Shown here: positions 9,388 through 18,474 of the stretch, one piece after another
How positions within the stretch are numbered: the first letter of the stretch is position 1
Layout of the letters: each line of letters begins with the position of its first letter
Program-made: the position numbers and the translations under genes
The notes under the pieces: generated by a model
Databases searched by the model: none
What the model was told of the DNA's origin: nothing
What the model saw: the letters and a program-made list of their open reading frames with translations, nothing else
Sequence record: PP747161.1
Strand: one strand, 5' to 3'
Length of the DNA stretch: 48,028 nucleotides
DNA from: Klebsiella phage vB_KpnS_Chambers_MM6

Positions 9388-9770
9388 TGAACAAGCTATA
9401 TCGTGAACTGCGGGCAGAGGCCCGCAAGCTGTTCAAAGAGTACGGCGCAGTCATCACCATCAGCACTCCTGGCGGAATCAGCCGCGACCCAGTCACCGGC
9501 GAGGAAGTGGTGACGCCGCCGGGCGCGGTATGCAAGGTGCTGGGCGTGATCACCGGCGTCGACCTCAAGTTTTGGGGGCTGGCGACCATCCCGCCGGGCG
9601 AGCAGCAGATCGTCATGGCATGGACGGACACCACCGGGAAGGAGTGGGAGCCGAAGATGAATATGACCGTCTCAGGTGGTGGCCGCACGTACTCCATCAC
9701 CGAGATTAAGCCGGTTATCCCAGACGGTGGCTACGGCATCGTGTACAAGCTGAGGATCAAGGGGCTGTAA
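9387..9770 (+). CDS. head-tail joining / head closure protein (putative)
   Basis: 127 aa, TAATG overlap with the upstream gene. Located in the morphogenesis module between capsid and tail genes. Function inferred from position only. Confidence 0.4.
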   Translation: MNKLYRELRAEARKLFKEYGAVITISTPGGISRDPVTGEEVVTPPGAVCKVLGVITGVDLKFWGLATIPPGEQQIVMAWTDTTGKEWEPKMNMTVSGGGRTYSITEIKPVIPDGGYGIVYKLRIKGL

Positions 9771-10453
9771 TGGCAAGCAAGCGGAACGGGACAATCTTTG
9801 CCAACAATGTCGCTCAGTGGGCTGGTGGGGTCGTCGAGCGTCACGAAGAGATCGTGCAGCTGGCGGCGATGAAGGTCTTCGCAATGATCATCCAGCGCTC
9901 GCCCGTCGGCAACCCTGACCTGTGGAACCGCAACCAGCAGGCCGTCAAGGAGCGCAACCGCATGAGCGACCTACGAACGGCCATGCGCGAAAGCGACACC
10001 TTCGGCTACACGACCAAGCGCGGCACCCGCCGACTCAAGCCGGGCGCGAACATCGTTGCAGCACCGGCGAAATTCTCTTCCCCTGTCGGGCCAGTCGGCC
10101 CGCGCATTCCGCGACTTCTCAAGAATGAGCAGGGCGTCAACCCGGTCGGGAAGGGCTACGTCGGCGGCCGGTTCCGGGCTAACTGGCAGGTGGGGATCGA
10201 CTTTGTCCCTATTGAGTGGCTGGATGAACGGGACAAGTCAGGCACCCCGACCATCAACAAAATGGTGAACGCCGTCGAGCGCTTCCGCGTCGGGATGGCT
10301 GAGCATATTTATTTCGTTAACAATTCGCCGTATGGCTACCCGCTGGAATATGAGGGGCACTCACGACAGGCTCCCGCCGGGATGGTCAGGATCTCATGTA
10401 TCCAATTTGAGGAAGCATTCGCGGCAGCAACAGCAGAGGCACAAAAATTATGA
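9770..10453 (+). CDS. neck / tail completion protein (putative)
   Basis: 227 aa, TAATG coupling to the upstream gene. Function assigned by position only. Confidence 0.4.
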   Translation: MASKRNGTIFANNVAQWAGGVVERHEEIVQLAAMKVFAMIIQRSPVGNPDLWNRNQQAVKERNRMSDLRTAMRESDTFGYTTKRGTRRLKPGANIVAAPAKFSSPVGPVGPRIPRLLKNEQGVNPVGKGYVGGRFRANWQVGIDFVPIEWLDERDKSGTPTINKMVNAVERFRVGMAEHIYFVNNSPYGYPLEYEGHSRQAPAGMVRISCIQFEEAFAAATAEAQKL

Positions 10454-10902
10454 TCAGCACTTCACAGATTCAGGCAAAATTCGACCTAATCGCAATGCAG
10501 TGGGGGAATAACAACAATATCGCCCTCGTGTGGCGTAACAGCGCCGATAACGACATGAACGAGCAGGCAGTGAGTCAGCTGGTCGGCTTCCCGCAGCACA
10601 TCCCGGCCCCGTCTATCTCCATGGGCTTCCAGCAGTCAGACATAGCGAAGCGCGGGATCTACCAGGTTATGCTGCGTGCTCCTCGCCTTTCCGGCACCCG
10701 TCAGATCTACGACGCGGCCGACGCGCTGGTGGAGGCGTTCAATGAAGCGATGTTCTATGACGGTAATTATGTTAGCATCGGCGACGATGATCGGCAGCTA
10801 TACCTTACGGCACCGGCTGAAATCGGCGCTGACTATGAAGACGACGCCGGGCTGCATGTGGCTGTCACGATGAACTACCGTATCAACAACGTAAGAGGCT
10901 AA
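10450..10902 (+). CDS. tail terminator / tail-tube capping protein (putative)
   Basis: 150 aa, ATGA coupling. Immediately precedes the major tail protein gene, as for lambda gpU-like proteins. Confidence 0.4.
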   Translation: MISTSQIQAKFDLIAMQWGNNNNIALVWRNSADNDMNEQAVSQLVGFPQHIPAPSISMGFQQSDIAKRGIYQVMLRAPRLSGTRQIYDAADALVEAFNEAMFYDGNYVSIGDDDRQLYLTAPAEIGADYEDDAGLHVAVTMNYRINNVRG

Positions 10903-10903
10903 C

Positions 10904-11575
10904 ATGGCTACGAAACTCTCCTACAACATCCCGAACGGCTCCACGCTGCAAATCGCTCAGACGATGGGCGCAAGCATTGCCATCACTGGCGTATCAAACG
11001 AGAAGGAGGCTATCGCCACCCTGTCAGCAGCTGATTCTAGCCTGGCCGCAGGCGACTACGTGCAGCTGTTTACCAGCTGGGTCAATATGAATGGCCTGGT
11101 GTGTCGCGTGAAATCCATCGCCACCAATAAAGTGACGCTGGAGAAGATCGACACCACCAACACCGACATTTACCCGGCAGGTGGTGGCGCTGGTACGTTG
11201 GTTAAGATTCAGGCGTGGATCGACCTTCCGCTGACCCCTACCATCTCCAACTCCGGTAACGAGCAGCAGACCACCACGTTCCAGGCTATCCAGCACGAGC
11301 GCGCGGTGAACATCAACACCTACAAGTCGGCGGCTACGCAGACTTTCACCATGGCGCACAACGCCAGCCTGCCGGTGCGTGATGTGCTGAAAAACCTCGA
11401 CCGCACGCAGGACATCACCGCGTTCAAGTTCTACAACAAGCGCGCGAAGGAAACCCGCGTTTATGGCTGCCAGGTCTCCTTTAACGAGATCCCGACATCC
11501 GAAGTGAACAACGTCGAGACGAACAGCCTTGTTCTGAGCCTGGTCAGTGAGATGGTGATCTATCCTGCCGCGTAA
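10904..11575 (+). CDS. major tail (tube) protein
   Basis: 223 aa, Thr/Ser/Asn-rich beta-type protein. RBS GAGG. Followed by a strong terminator, then the G/GT chaperones and tape measure, which is the canonical siphovirus order. Confidence 0.7.
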   Translation: MATKLSYNIPNGSTLQIAQTMGASIAITGVSNEKEAIATLSAADSSLAAGDYVQLFTSWVNMNGLVCRVKSIATNKVTLEKIDTTNTDIYPAGGGAGTLVKIQAWIDLPLTPTISNSGNEQQTTTFQAIQHERAVNINTYKSAATQTFTMAHNASLPVRDVLKNLDRTQDITAFKFYNKRAKETRVYGCQVSFNEIPTSEVNNVETNSLVLSLVSEMVIYPAA

Positions 11576-11588
11576 AGCGTGCTATCAT

Positions 11589-11612
11589 CAGGGCGGCTTA
11601 GGCCGCCTTTTT
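11589..11612 (+). terminator. intrinsic terminator after major tail protein gene
   Basis: GGCGGC-tta-GGCCGCC followed by TTTTT. Confidence 0.7.
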
Positions 11613-11631
11613 CATATCTGGAGACAAGACA

Positions 11632-12021
11632 ATGGCTGCAAAATTCAAGTTAGTACCCGCTGGCACGTTCGAACTTCCTATCCTGATCACCACCGTAGGG
11701 CAGGATGAGCCTACAGAGCTGAAATTCACGTTCAAGCGCATGCCGCTGACCGAGCTGAAAGAGAAGCAGGAAGCGATGGCGAAGCGCGTGCAGGAGATGG
11801 ATGAGGAATACAAGGGCAAAAAGCTGTCCGTCGTCGAAGATAGCGTGCTGCAATATCCGTTGATGGCCGATTTTGTGCTGGATATCGCAACCGGCTGGGA
11901 GCTGTCCGACAAGTTCACGAAAGAGAACCTGATCACCCTGTTCGATAACTACCCGACGGCGTTTATGTCGATCAGCGTTGGCTATCAGTCCGAGTTGTGG
12001 AAGCTGCGCCAAAAGCACTAA
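11632..12021 (+). CDS. tail assembly chaperone (gpG-like)
   Basis: 129 aa acidic protein between the major tail and tape measure genes. A frame -1 ORF (open 11949..12332) overlaps its 3' end, which is the classic G/GT arrangement. Confidence 0.7.
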   Translation: MAAKFKLVPAGTFELPILITTVGQDEPTELKFTFKRMPLTELKEKQEAMAKRVQEMDEEYKGKKLSVVEDSVLQYPLMADFVLDIATGWELSDKFTKENLITLFDNYPTAFMSISVGYQSELWKLRQKH

Positions 12022-12332
12022 CCGCCGCGATTGAGGGTCTGTATTTCCCCGATCCGCCGCAGCAGCTGGTCGATAATTTCGGGGGGGAGCTGGAAGACTA
12101 CCGTCCAGAAGTGGAGCTATCAGCAGAGATTGTTGATAGCTTTTATTTTTACCAGCGTATTGATACCCAATGGCGCACGGGGCCGGGCGGTTTAATCGGC
12201 CTCGACTACAACGTGATCCCCGTCATGGCTAACCTGTATGGCGTCAAGTTCGATCGCCTGCTCATGGATGACATGGCAATCATGGAGGGGGCCGCGATCA
12301 GAGTTCTCATGAGCAGGAGTGATACAGCATGA
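11632..12332 (+). CDS. tail assembly chaperone GT fusion (predicted -1 programmed ribosomal frameshift product)
   Basis: The -1 frame is open from 11949 to the stop at 12330-12332, whose TGA overlaps the tape-measure ATG at 12329. The shift must occur within 11949-12019. The nearest candidate slippery site is CCAAAAG at 12009-12015, which is non-canonical. Confidence 0.45.
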
Positions 12333-15175
12333 GTGAAAACACAGAACGCTTGATCGTCGACGTCGACGCCAGCGGGGTCAACGCGGGGGCCAAATCCCTC
12401 GCAGACCTTGTTGACGCGGCGCAGGACGCAGGAAGGGCAGCGGACGGGCTGGGCGACAAGTTCGACCAGGTGAAGCCGTCAGCCGACTCAGCAGCCGCAG
12501 CGGTCGACAACTTCAACAACGAGGCGAAGCAGACGCAGGAGGCTGCTGGCGACGCTGCCGTGGGGCTGTACCGGCAGAATCAGGAGCTTCAAAACCTGCT
12601 CGACAGCATCAGGCCAACGCGCGTTCAGCTTCGTGACCTGGCGCAGCAGCAGGAGGCACTGGCGAAGGCGCAGGCTAACGGGCTGCTGGGCGCGAAGGAA
12701 GCGGAGGAGTACAACGCTATCCTCGCCAACCGTGCCGGGATCATCGACCGAAACGACGCTGCTATGCGCGGCCTGAATGTGACGTCTGAGAAGCAGAAGA
12801 CGCTACAGCAGGAATTGACCATCACTACCGGGCAATACCGCGCTGCTATGGGTATGTTACCGGCGCAGATGACCGATATCGTCACCCAGCTGGCAGGTGG
12901 TCAGAATCCATTCCTGATCATGATCCAGCAGGGCGGCCAGATTAAGGACTCCTTCGGCGGGCTGGGCAACACCTTTCAGGCGCTTAAACAATTCATTTCC
13001 CCTTCCTTCCTCGGGCTGGCTGGCGCGACAGCAGCCATCGCTGCAATGGGTTATGCAGCCTACACCAGCGCAGACCAGGCCGATCGACTCGCTGCATCGG
13101 TGACGCTCATGGGTGGGGCAGGCTTTAAGTCAGCCGAAGAGCTGAACAGGGCCGCCGTCATGATCCAGAAGTCAACTGGCGACAGCATTAGCAGCATCAC
13201 CGACCGGCTGATCGAGCTGAACAACAAGGGCACGATGACAGCCGACATGATGGAGAAGGTGGCGATCTCCACGTCGAAGCTGTCAGATGCCGGGCTGGAC
13301 GCTGGCGACGTCATGAAAGACTTCGATAATCTGGTGAAGAACCCGATCAAGTCTATCGCCGCGCTCAATGAGCAGTATGGCTTCATGAACGAAGCGCAGA
13401 TGAAGCACCTAATCCAGACGCAGAAGGAGAAGGGTGAGCAGGCCGCAGCCGCCGAAGCGCTGGACATCTACACAACGGCCATGAATAAGCGGGCCGATGA
13501 CGTGATCGAGAAGACTGATAACGTCGGTCAGGCATGGAAGACGCTGAAAACCGCCGCGTCGGATGCCTTTAACGATATGGGGATCGTGCTGCGCTCGTGG
13601 GGAAACCGCGCCGTCGACATCTTCAAAATGGTCAAGCTATCGATCGACGACCTGCTGAACTATCTTGCGCAGATGGACAGCAAATTTACGCTGGGCGTTG
13701 CTGACCTGCTGGACAAGGTGCCGGGCGTTGACGGCCGTGGCGTTCTCCGGGCAATGGGGATCGACGTCGAAACCGTCGAGAAAAATGGCCGGGAGTCCAT
13801 CGAGAAGGGCAAGCAGATCGCGAAGGAGTTCGCGGAGGTCAGCAAGCGGGCCTTTGAGAGCCAGGCAGACGCTGAGGCGCGGGCGCGCAACGCCAACGGC
13901 GCTACCGGCAGCGGTGCTACCGATGAGAAGAGCAGGGAAGCGGTCAGCAAGCTGGCGAGTGAGGCAGCGAAGCACAACAAGGAGAAGGCCATCACCGTTT
14001 CACAGGGTGATCGCATCCTTGAGCAGTATCAGGCGCAGGAGCTGGCATTACGGGCGCAGATTAAGACGCTGAAAGACCGGAACGCCTTCGACGTCAACGC
14101 CTCCGAACAGATGAAGAACTATCAGCTGTTAGTCGCGAAGATCTCCATCCTTGAGGGTATCCGGGCCGACGCAAAAGGCCGGGCGCTAACCAAGGACGAA
14201 CAGTCGCTTCTGGCGAGCAAAGAGGAAATCCTTGCAAAAGCCAAGACTGTCGGACTGCTGGGCGATCAGGTCAAGCAGCTTGAACGTCAGGCGCAGATCA
14301 CCGATGAGCTGACCCGCAGCGGCAATGACCTGTCTGTTCAGGTGGCGGCCATTAACGCCTCATGGGGTCTATCAGCCGATGAGGCTGCGCGGCTGCTGGA
14401 GAACATGCAGCGAGCGGCGGCCCTCCGGGACAAAGGCGCGACTCAGGAGCAAATCGACGAGGACGCACGCCAGCGTGAAGCGCTGCGGCAGGCTACCGAC
14501 GCGAAAACGCAGGACTGGGCAGGCGGCGCACGCTCCGCGATCGAAGCGTGGGGTAAGGATGCCACCAACACCTCAGCCAACGTACAGAAGGCCATCACTG
14601 GCGCAATGGATGCCGGGCTGGACTCGATCAACTCCTTCGTGATGACCGGTAAGGCGTCGTTCGCCGACTTTACCAAATCCATCCTTGGGATGATGGTTCA
14701 GATAATCAACAAATGGCTAATGTTCAAAGCCATCCAGGGGATCGGCGGCGCGATGGGCTTCGATATGTCCAGCATCGGATTCAATGCGAAGGGTGGCGTA
14801 TACGATAGCCCGTCTCTGTCTGCTTACAGCAACCGCGTCTACACCACGCCGCAGCTGTTCACGTATGACAAGCCGAAGCCGTTTGCGAAGGGCGGGGTGT
14901 TCGCCGAAGCCGGGCCGGAAGCCATCATGCCACTGGCGAAGGATTCCAGCGGGCGTCTTGGTGTTCGTGCTCAGGGCGGTGCTGGTGGCGGCGTCTCCAT
15001 CGGGTCGATGGAAGTGAATGTCGACCAGAACGGGCAGGCGACGGCCAACGTGTCAGAGTCTGGCAAGCTGGGCCGAGCCTACGGTGATGCAATGGCCGCA
15101 GCCATTCAGGACGGCATCGCCCGTGCAAGCTCACCGGGTGGACAGATCTGGATGCTTATTAACGGTCACGCGTGA
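12329..15175 (+). CDS. tape measure protein
   Basis: 948 aa, Ala/Gln/Lys-rich helical protein with a hydrophobic central segment and a Gly-rich C-terminus. Directly downstream of G/GT. Confidence 0.88.
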   Translation: MSENTERLIVDVDASGVNAGAKSLADLVDAAQDAGRAADGLGDKFDQVKPSADSAAAAVDNFNNEAKQTQEAAGDAAVGLYRQNQELQNLLDSIRPTRVQLRDLAQQQEALAKAQANGLLGAKEAEEYNAILANRAGIIDRNDAAMRGLNVTSEKQKTLQQELTITTGQYRAAMGMLPAQMTDIVTQLAGGQNPFLIMIQQGGQIKDSFGGLGNTFQALKQFISPSFLGLAGATAAIAAMGYAAYTSADQADRLAASVTLMGGAGFKSAEELNRAAVMIQKSTGDSISSITDRLIELNNKGTMTADMMEKVAISTSKLSDAGLDAGDVMKDFDNLVKNPIKSIAALNEQYGFMNEAQMKHLIQTQKEKGEQAAAAEALDIYTTAMNKRADDVIEKTDNVGQAWKTLKTAASDAFNDMGIVLRSWGNRAVDIFKMVKLSIDDLLNYLAQMDSKFTLGVADLLDKVPGVDGRGVLRAMGIDVETVEKNGRESIEKGKQIAKEFAEVSKRAFESQADAEARARNANGATGSGATDEKSREAVSKLASEAAKHNKEKAITVSQGDRILEQYQAQELALRAQIKTLKDRNAFDVNASEQMKNYQLLVAKISILEGIRADAKGRALTKDEQSLLASKEEILAKAKTVGLLGDQVKQLERQAQITDELTRSGNDLSVQVAAINASWGLSADEAARLLENMQRAAALRDKGATQEQIDEDARQREALRQATDAKTQDWAGGARSAIEAWGKDATNTSANVQKAITGAMDAGLDSINSFVMTGKASFADFTKSILGMMVQIINKWLMFKAIQGIGGAMGFDMSSIGFNAKGGVYDSPSLSAYSNRVYTTPQLFTYDKPKPFAKGGVFAEAGPEAIMPLAKDSSGRLGVRAQGGAGGGVSIGSMEVNVDQNGQATANVSESGKLGRAYGDAMAAAIQDGIARASSPGGQIWMLINGHA

Positions 15176-15184
15176 TAACCTACA

Positions 15185-15209
15185 GCCTCCCACACAGGAG
15201 GCTTTTTTT
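15185..15209 (+). terminator. intrinsic terminator after tape measure gene
   Basis: GCCTCC-cacaca-GGAGGC followed by TTTTTTT. Confidence 0.7.
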
Positions 15210-15572
15210 ATGGCTACATTAGACGCGTGGATCTGGCCGCTGGCGGCAGGTCAACAGGTATCAGTGAAAGACCGCAGCCGATCGAACAGCTTCGGCGACG
15301 GCTCACAGCAGAACGTTTTAGAAGGCATCAATCCGTTCATTATGGAGGTGCCCTGCTCGTGGACTGGCAACGCCAAGACAGGCAACCAGATCCTATCCTT
15401 CCTGAAAGCGCACATCACCAACCCGTTCCAGATGGTTCCGCCGCATGGCGAACTGGGCCTTTACACCGTGAAATCAGGCACGATCAAATATGTCGCGCTG
15501 GGACGTGCAACCATGAACATTACCTTCACAGCCGAGCAGGCCGTGGGCATCTACACAGGGGTGAAAGGATGA
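15210..15572 (+). CDS. minor tail protein (lambda gpM-like)
   Basis: 120 aa from ATG 15210. Size and position match gpM immediately after the tape measure. The longer ORF-track start at 15018 runs through the upstream terminator. Confidence 0.65.
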   Translation: MATLDAWIWPLAAGQQVSVKDRSRSNSFGDGSQQNVLEGINPFIMEVPCSWTGNAKTGNQILSFLKAHITNPFQMVPPHGELGLYTVKSGTIKYVALGRATMNITFTAEQAVGIYTGVKG

Positions 15573-16840
15573 GCAACACCATTTTCGACGAAGCCACAAA
15601 GCTCGACCCGTCTGGCAAGATCATTCTCATGGAGATCGACGGAACCGAGTTCGGCGCGGGGATCATCCGGGGCCACTATTGCCAGCTCCCGCACACGAGC
15701 AAGGAGATCCTCGACAGCGCGAACAGCACACTGACCCGTGATCAGCTTTTCAACTGCAAAAGCGCCAATACTCGCGGCACCGTCACGAAGAACGAAGACC
15801 GGAACACCATCAACTTTAAGTCGCTGGGCGTCGACTCGAACCTGGTTTTACCTGAGTTCTCTGGCGGCCTGACTGGTGGCAAGTATCAGGTGATCGAGGT
15901 GGTTGGTCGCTGGGTGACTCCGCCTCCATCAACTGACAACCAGTATCAGATCTACTACAAAACCGCAGCGCATGATTTTTCCAACAGCTACAACAAGGGC
16001 GGGGCGTTGGCATCAGTAACGAAGGATCTTGGTGATGGATGGCTGAAATTCTCGTTCGACATGTCGAAGCTGAGCGCTGGCGGTTCAGACTGGGTAAACA
16101 GCCAGATTATCGGCATCCGCATTGACATGTGGCAGCAGGCAGTCGGCGAGATCGAGATCAAGCGAATCAGCATCCTGAACAAGAACCCGCACGAGGTTGA
16201 CGCGTCCAAGCTGGCACCGAAGTCAATCTGGTTCGACAACGTCGAATATGGCTATTGGCCGTTTATGGCTGAGGGGATCGAGTTCAGCAGCGAGCAGCAG
16301 GGGACGCCTACCCTGTCCATTGGCAACCAGTCGGGGGTCGTCAGCGCCTACCTGCGCGCCTATCAGCAGATGGTCGGGGCAAAGGTCAAGATCATCCAGA
16401 CCTACGCGAAGTTCCTCGATCCGCGCAACTTCACAGATGGTAACGAGTTCGCCGACTCAATGCAGCAGTGGACGCAGCTTTACTACATCGATCGGCCAGA
16501 CTATGAAAGCGAAGAGTATGTTCGGTTCGCGCTGTCGTCGCCGCTCGACCTACAGAACTTTCAGGTGCCAACGCGCAGCATCACGACGTTCTGTCAGTGG
16601 CAGGCGCGCGGTCTTTACGGCAAAGGCCTGGACGCCGGGGAAGAAAACGGGTGCAGCTGGAACCGTGGCACAGCTAAAAAGTGGTACGACAAGCACGGGA
16701 ACCAGGTGGACGACATCACGAAGGATGAGTGCGGCGGGTGCATTCAGGATTGCCGCCTACGCTTCGGTCAGCTGGTGAGTGACCCGAAAGCGGCTGTTCT
16801 GGACTACGGCGGTTTTATCTCTGTGCGCCTGATTGATTAA
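15569..16840 (+). CDS. minor tail protein (lambda gpL-like) with a ~160-aa inserted domain
   Basis: N-terminal ILMEIDGTEFGAGIIRGHYC matches lambda L's WEIDLTEVGGERYFFC. C-terminal DDITKDECGGCIQDCRLRFG...DYGGFISV matches lambda L's Cys cluster DITKDKCSKCLSGCKFRN...GGFLSI. 424 aa versus 232 aa in lambda. Confidence 0.8.
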   Translation: MSNTIFDEATKLDPSGKIILMEIDGTEFGAGIIRGHYCQLPHTSKEILDSANSTLTRDQLFNCKSANTRGTVTKNEDRNTINFKSLGVDSNLVLPEFSGGLTGGKYQVIEVVGRWVTPPPSTDNQYQIYYKTAAHDFSNSYNKGGALASVTKDLGDGWLKFSFDMSKLSAGGSDWVNSQIIGIRIDMWQQAVGEIEIKRISILNKNPHEVDASKLAPKSIWFDNVEYGYWPFMAEGIEFSSEQQGTPTLSIGNQSGVVSAYLRAYQQMVGAKVKIIQTYAKFLDPRNFTDGNEFADSMQQWTQLYYIDRPDYESEEYVRFALSSPLDLQNFQVPTRSITTFCQWQARGLYGKGLDAGEENGCSWNRGTAKKWYDKHGNQVDDITKDECGGCIQDCRLRFGQLVSDPKAAVLDYGGFISVRLID

Positions 16841-17064
16841 ACGCACTGTATCGCGTTCTGCGGCGTTTTCTTGCGTAAGACGTCCGAACGTATGGCCTGA
16901 CGGCGTTAAACGCGACAGCGTGCCGTTCAGGCCCGCAGTTTTCGACTACCGAAGATAAGAATACATCCCATAGCCATATATAATAAAAACCCTCCCAAGG
17001 GAGTTTTATTTATATGGTCTTGGGTATGTCTTATATGTATTTATGGTAATAAATATATATACCC

Positions 17065-17122
17065 ATACCACCTAACACCTGAAATTCAGCATTGTAAATC
17101 AATGGTTTAAAATTTCAGGTGG
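17065..17122. repeat. ACCTGAAATT / AATTTCAGGTG inverted-repeat element, copy 1 (L-K intergenic)
   Basis: ATACCACCTAACACCTGAAATT at 17065-17086 and AATTTCAGGTGG at 17111-17122 form an inverted pair separated by 24 nt. They lie 20 nt upstream of the K-like gene. Confidence 0.6.
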
Positions 17123-17140
17123 TGCCAAGTGGAGGCAAAA

Positions 17141-17890
17141 ATGATTGACGTAAACGACATCCCGGAAAAGCAATTAACCTATATTAAACAACACCTTACA
17201 GAGTGTTCGCCGCAAGAGGGCTGCGGGCTGCTGGTGAATTCAGGCGGAGGCCTCGAATACTGGCCTGTCATCAACTCAGCAGCCGACAAAATGAACAGTT
17301 TTCGCATTGCACCGCAGGAATTCGCTGAGGCTGAGGACGCAGGCAATATCGTTGCCGTCATCCATTCACACCCTGGCGCTGACGGTCTGGCGTATCCGTC
17401 AATCCTCGATCGCCAGCTCATGCAGGAAACTTGCTTACCGTGGTTCATCTACGCCCCGGACAAGGATGAGATGGCGGTGTTCTTTGAGGAGCCGAAGGGG
17501 CTGCTGGGTCGTGACTTCGTGCTGGGTGCGACAGACTGCTACGGCCTGGTGATGGCGTGGCACCGTTCGCGAGGCATCCAGCTCCCTGACTTCCGCAAGC
17601 CGTACCCGTGGTGGGAGAAGGGTGAGGAGCTTTTCACGGATGAGAACTTTTCAGCAGCGGGATTTATCAAGAAGGCCGAGGCAGAGCCGGGCGACATGGT
17701 GGTGTTCCGTATCGCGTCCAGCGTAAGCAATCACTGCGGGATCTACACCGGCGACGGGATGATTATGCACCACCTCATGAACCGCAAATCGACCATTGAT
17801 AGGATGTTTGGCACCTACCTTGAGCCGCGCATTACTGGTATTCTCCGACATGAGTTACTACCGGAGATCACACCATGGGAAACCAGCTAA
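17141..17890 (+). CDS. tail assembly protein (lambda gpK-like; MPN/JAB + NlpC/P60 domains)
   Basis: JAMM-like AVIHSHPGADGLAYPSILD motif. C-terminal Cys/His (DCYGLVMAWH ... HCGIY) NlpC/P60-type residues. RBS GGAGG 5 nt before ATG 17141. Confidence 0.85.
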   Translation: MIDVNDIPEKQLTYIKQHLTECSPQEGCGLLVNSGGGLEYWPVINSAADKMNSFRIAPQEFAEAEDAGNIVAVIHSHPGADGLAYPSILDRQLMQETCLPWFIYAPDKDEMAVFFEEPKGLLGRDFVLGATDCYGLVMAWHRSRGIQLPDFRKPYPWWEKGEELFTDENFSAAGFIKKAEAEPGDMVVFRIASSVSNHCGIYTGDGMIMHHLMNRKSTIDRMFGTYLEPRITGILRHELLPEITPWETS

Positions 17891-18474
17891 GCACCATCCG
17901 ACTGTACGGCGAAATGGGGGCGCGCTTCGGGCGCGTCCATCACCTCGCGGTCGACTCCTGCGCCGAAGCGATCAGCGCCCTTTCCGCCATCCTCCCCGGA
18001 TTCGATCAATATATGCGTGACAGCCAGTCGCGCGGCCTGACCTTCGCTCCGTTCATCGGAAAGCGGAACATCGGCTTCAATGAGATGTCGCAGCCAATCC
18101 CTGACGGCGAAGAGTTCCGCATTGCCCCGATCATCATCGGCAACAAGAAGGGCGGCCTGTTCCAGACCATCCTGGGCGCTGCGATGATTGTTGCTGGCGT
18201 CGTGGCGTCGTTCATCCCCGGCGGGCAGGCTGTCTCCCCTTACCTCGTTGCTGCTGGTATCTCCACGGCTGCTGGCGGGGTCATGCAGATGCTGTCCCCC
18301 CAGGCGACAGGCATGAAGATCCGGGAGGATGACGCCAACGCGCCGTCATACGCCTTCGGCCAGCCGGTTAACACGACAGCACAAGGTAACATCGTTGGCG
18401 TTTTGTATGGCGAGCGTGAGATCGGGGGTGCTATCATCAGCGCCGGAATTATCGCTAACGAGGTACGTTCTTAA
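17875..18474 (+). CDS. tail assembly protein (lambda gpI-like)
   Basis: 199 aa between the K-like and J-like genes. Gly/Ala-rich hydrophobic C-terminal half as in gpI. Overlaps K by 16 nt. Confidence 0.7.
   Translation: MGNQLSTIRLYGEMGARFGRVHHLAVDSCAEAISALSAILPGFDQYMRDSQSRGLTFAPFIGKRNIGFNEMSQPIPDGEEFRIAPIIIGNKKGGLFQTILGAAMIVAGVVASFIPGGQAVSPYLVAAGISTAAGGVMQMLSPQATGMKIREDDANAPSYAFGQPVNTTAQGNIVGVLYGEREIGGAIISAGIIANEVRS

Noticed and set aside
15227-16840. 537-aa ORF-track entry starting at 15227
   Set aside because: The N-terminal 114 codons are an out-of-context extension overlapping the M-like gene in another frame. The real L-like gene starts at ATG 15569, ATGA-coupled to the M stop.
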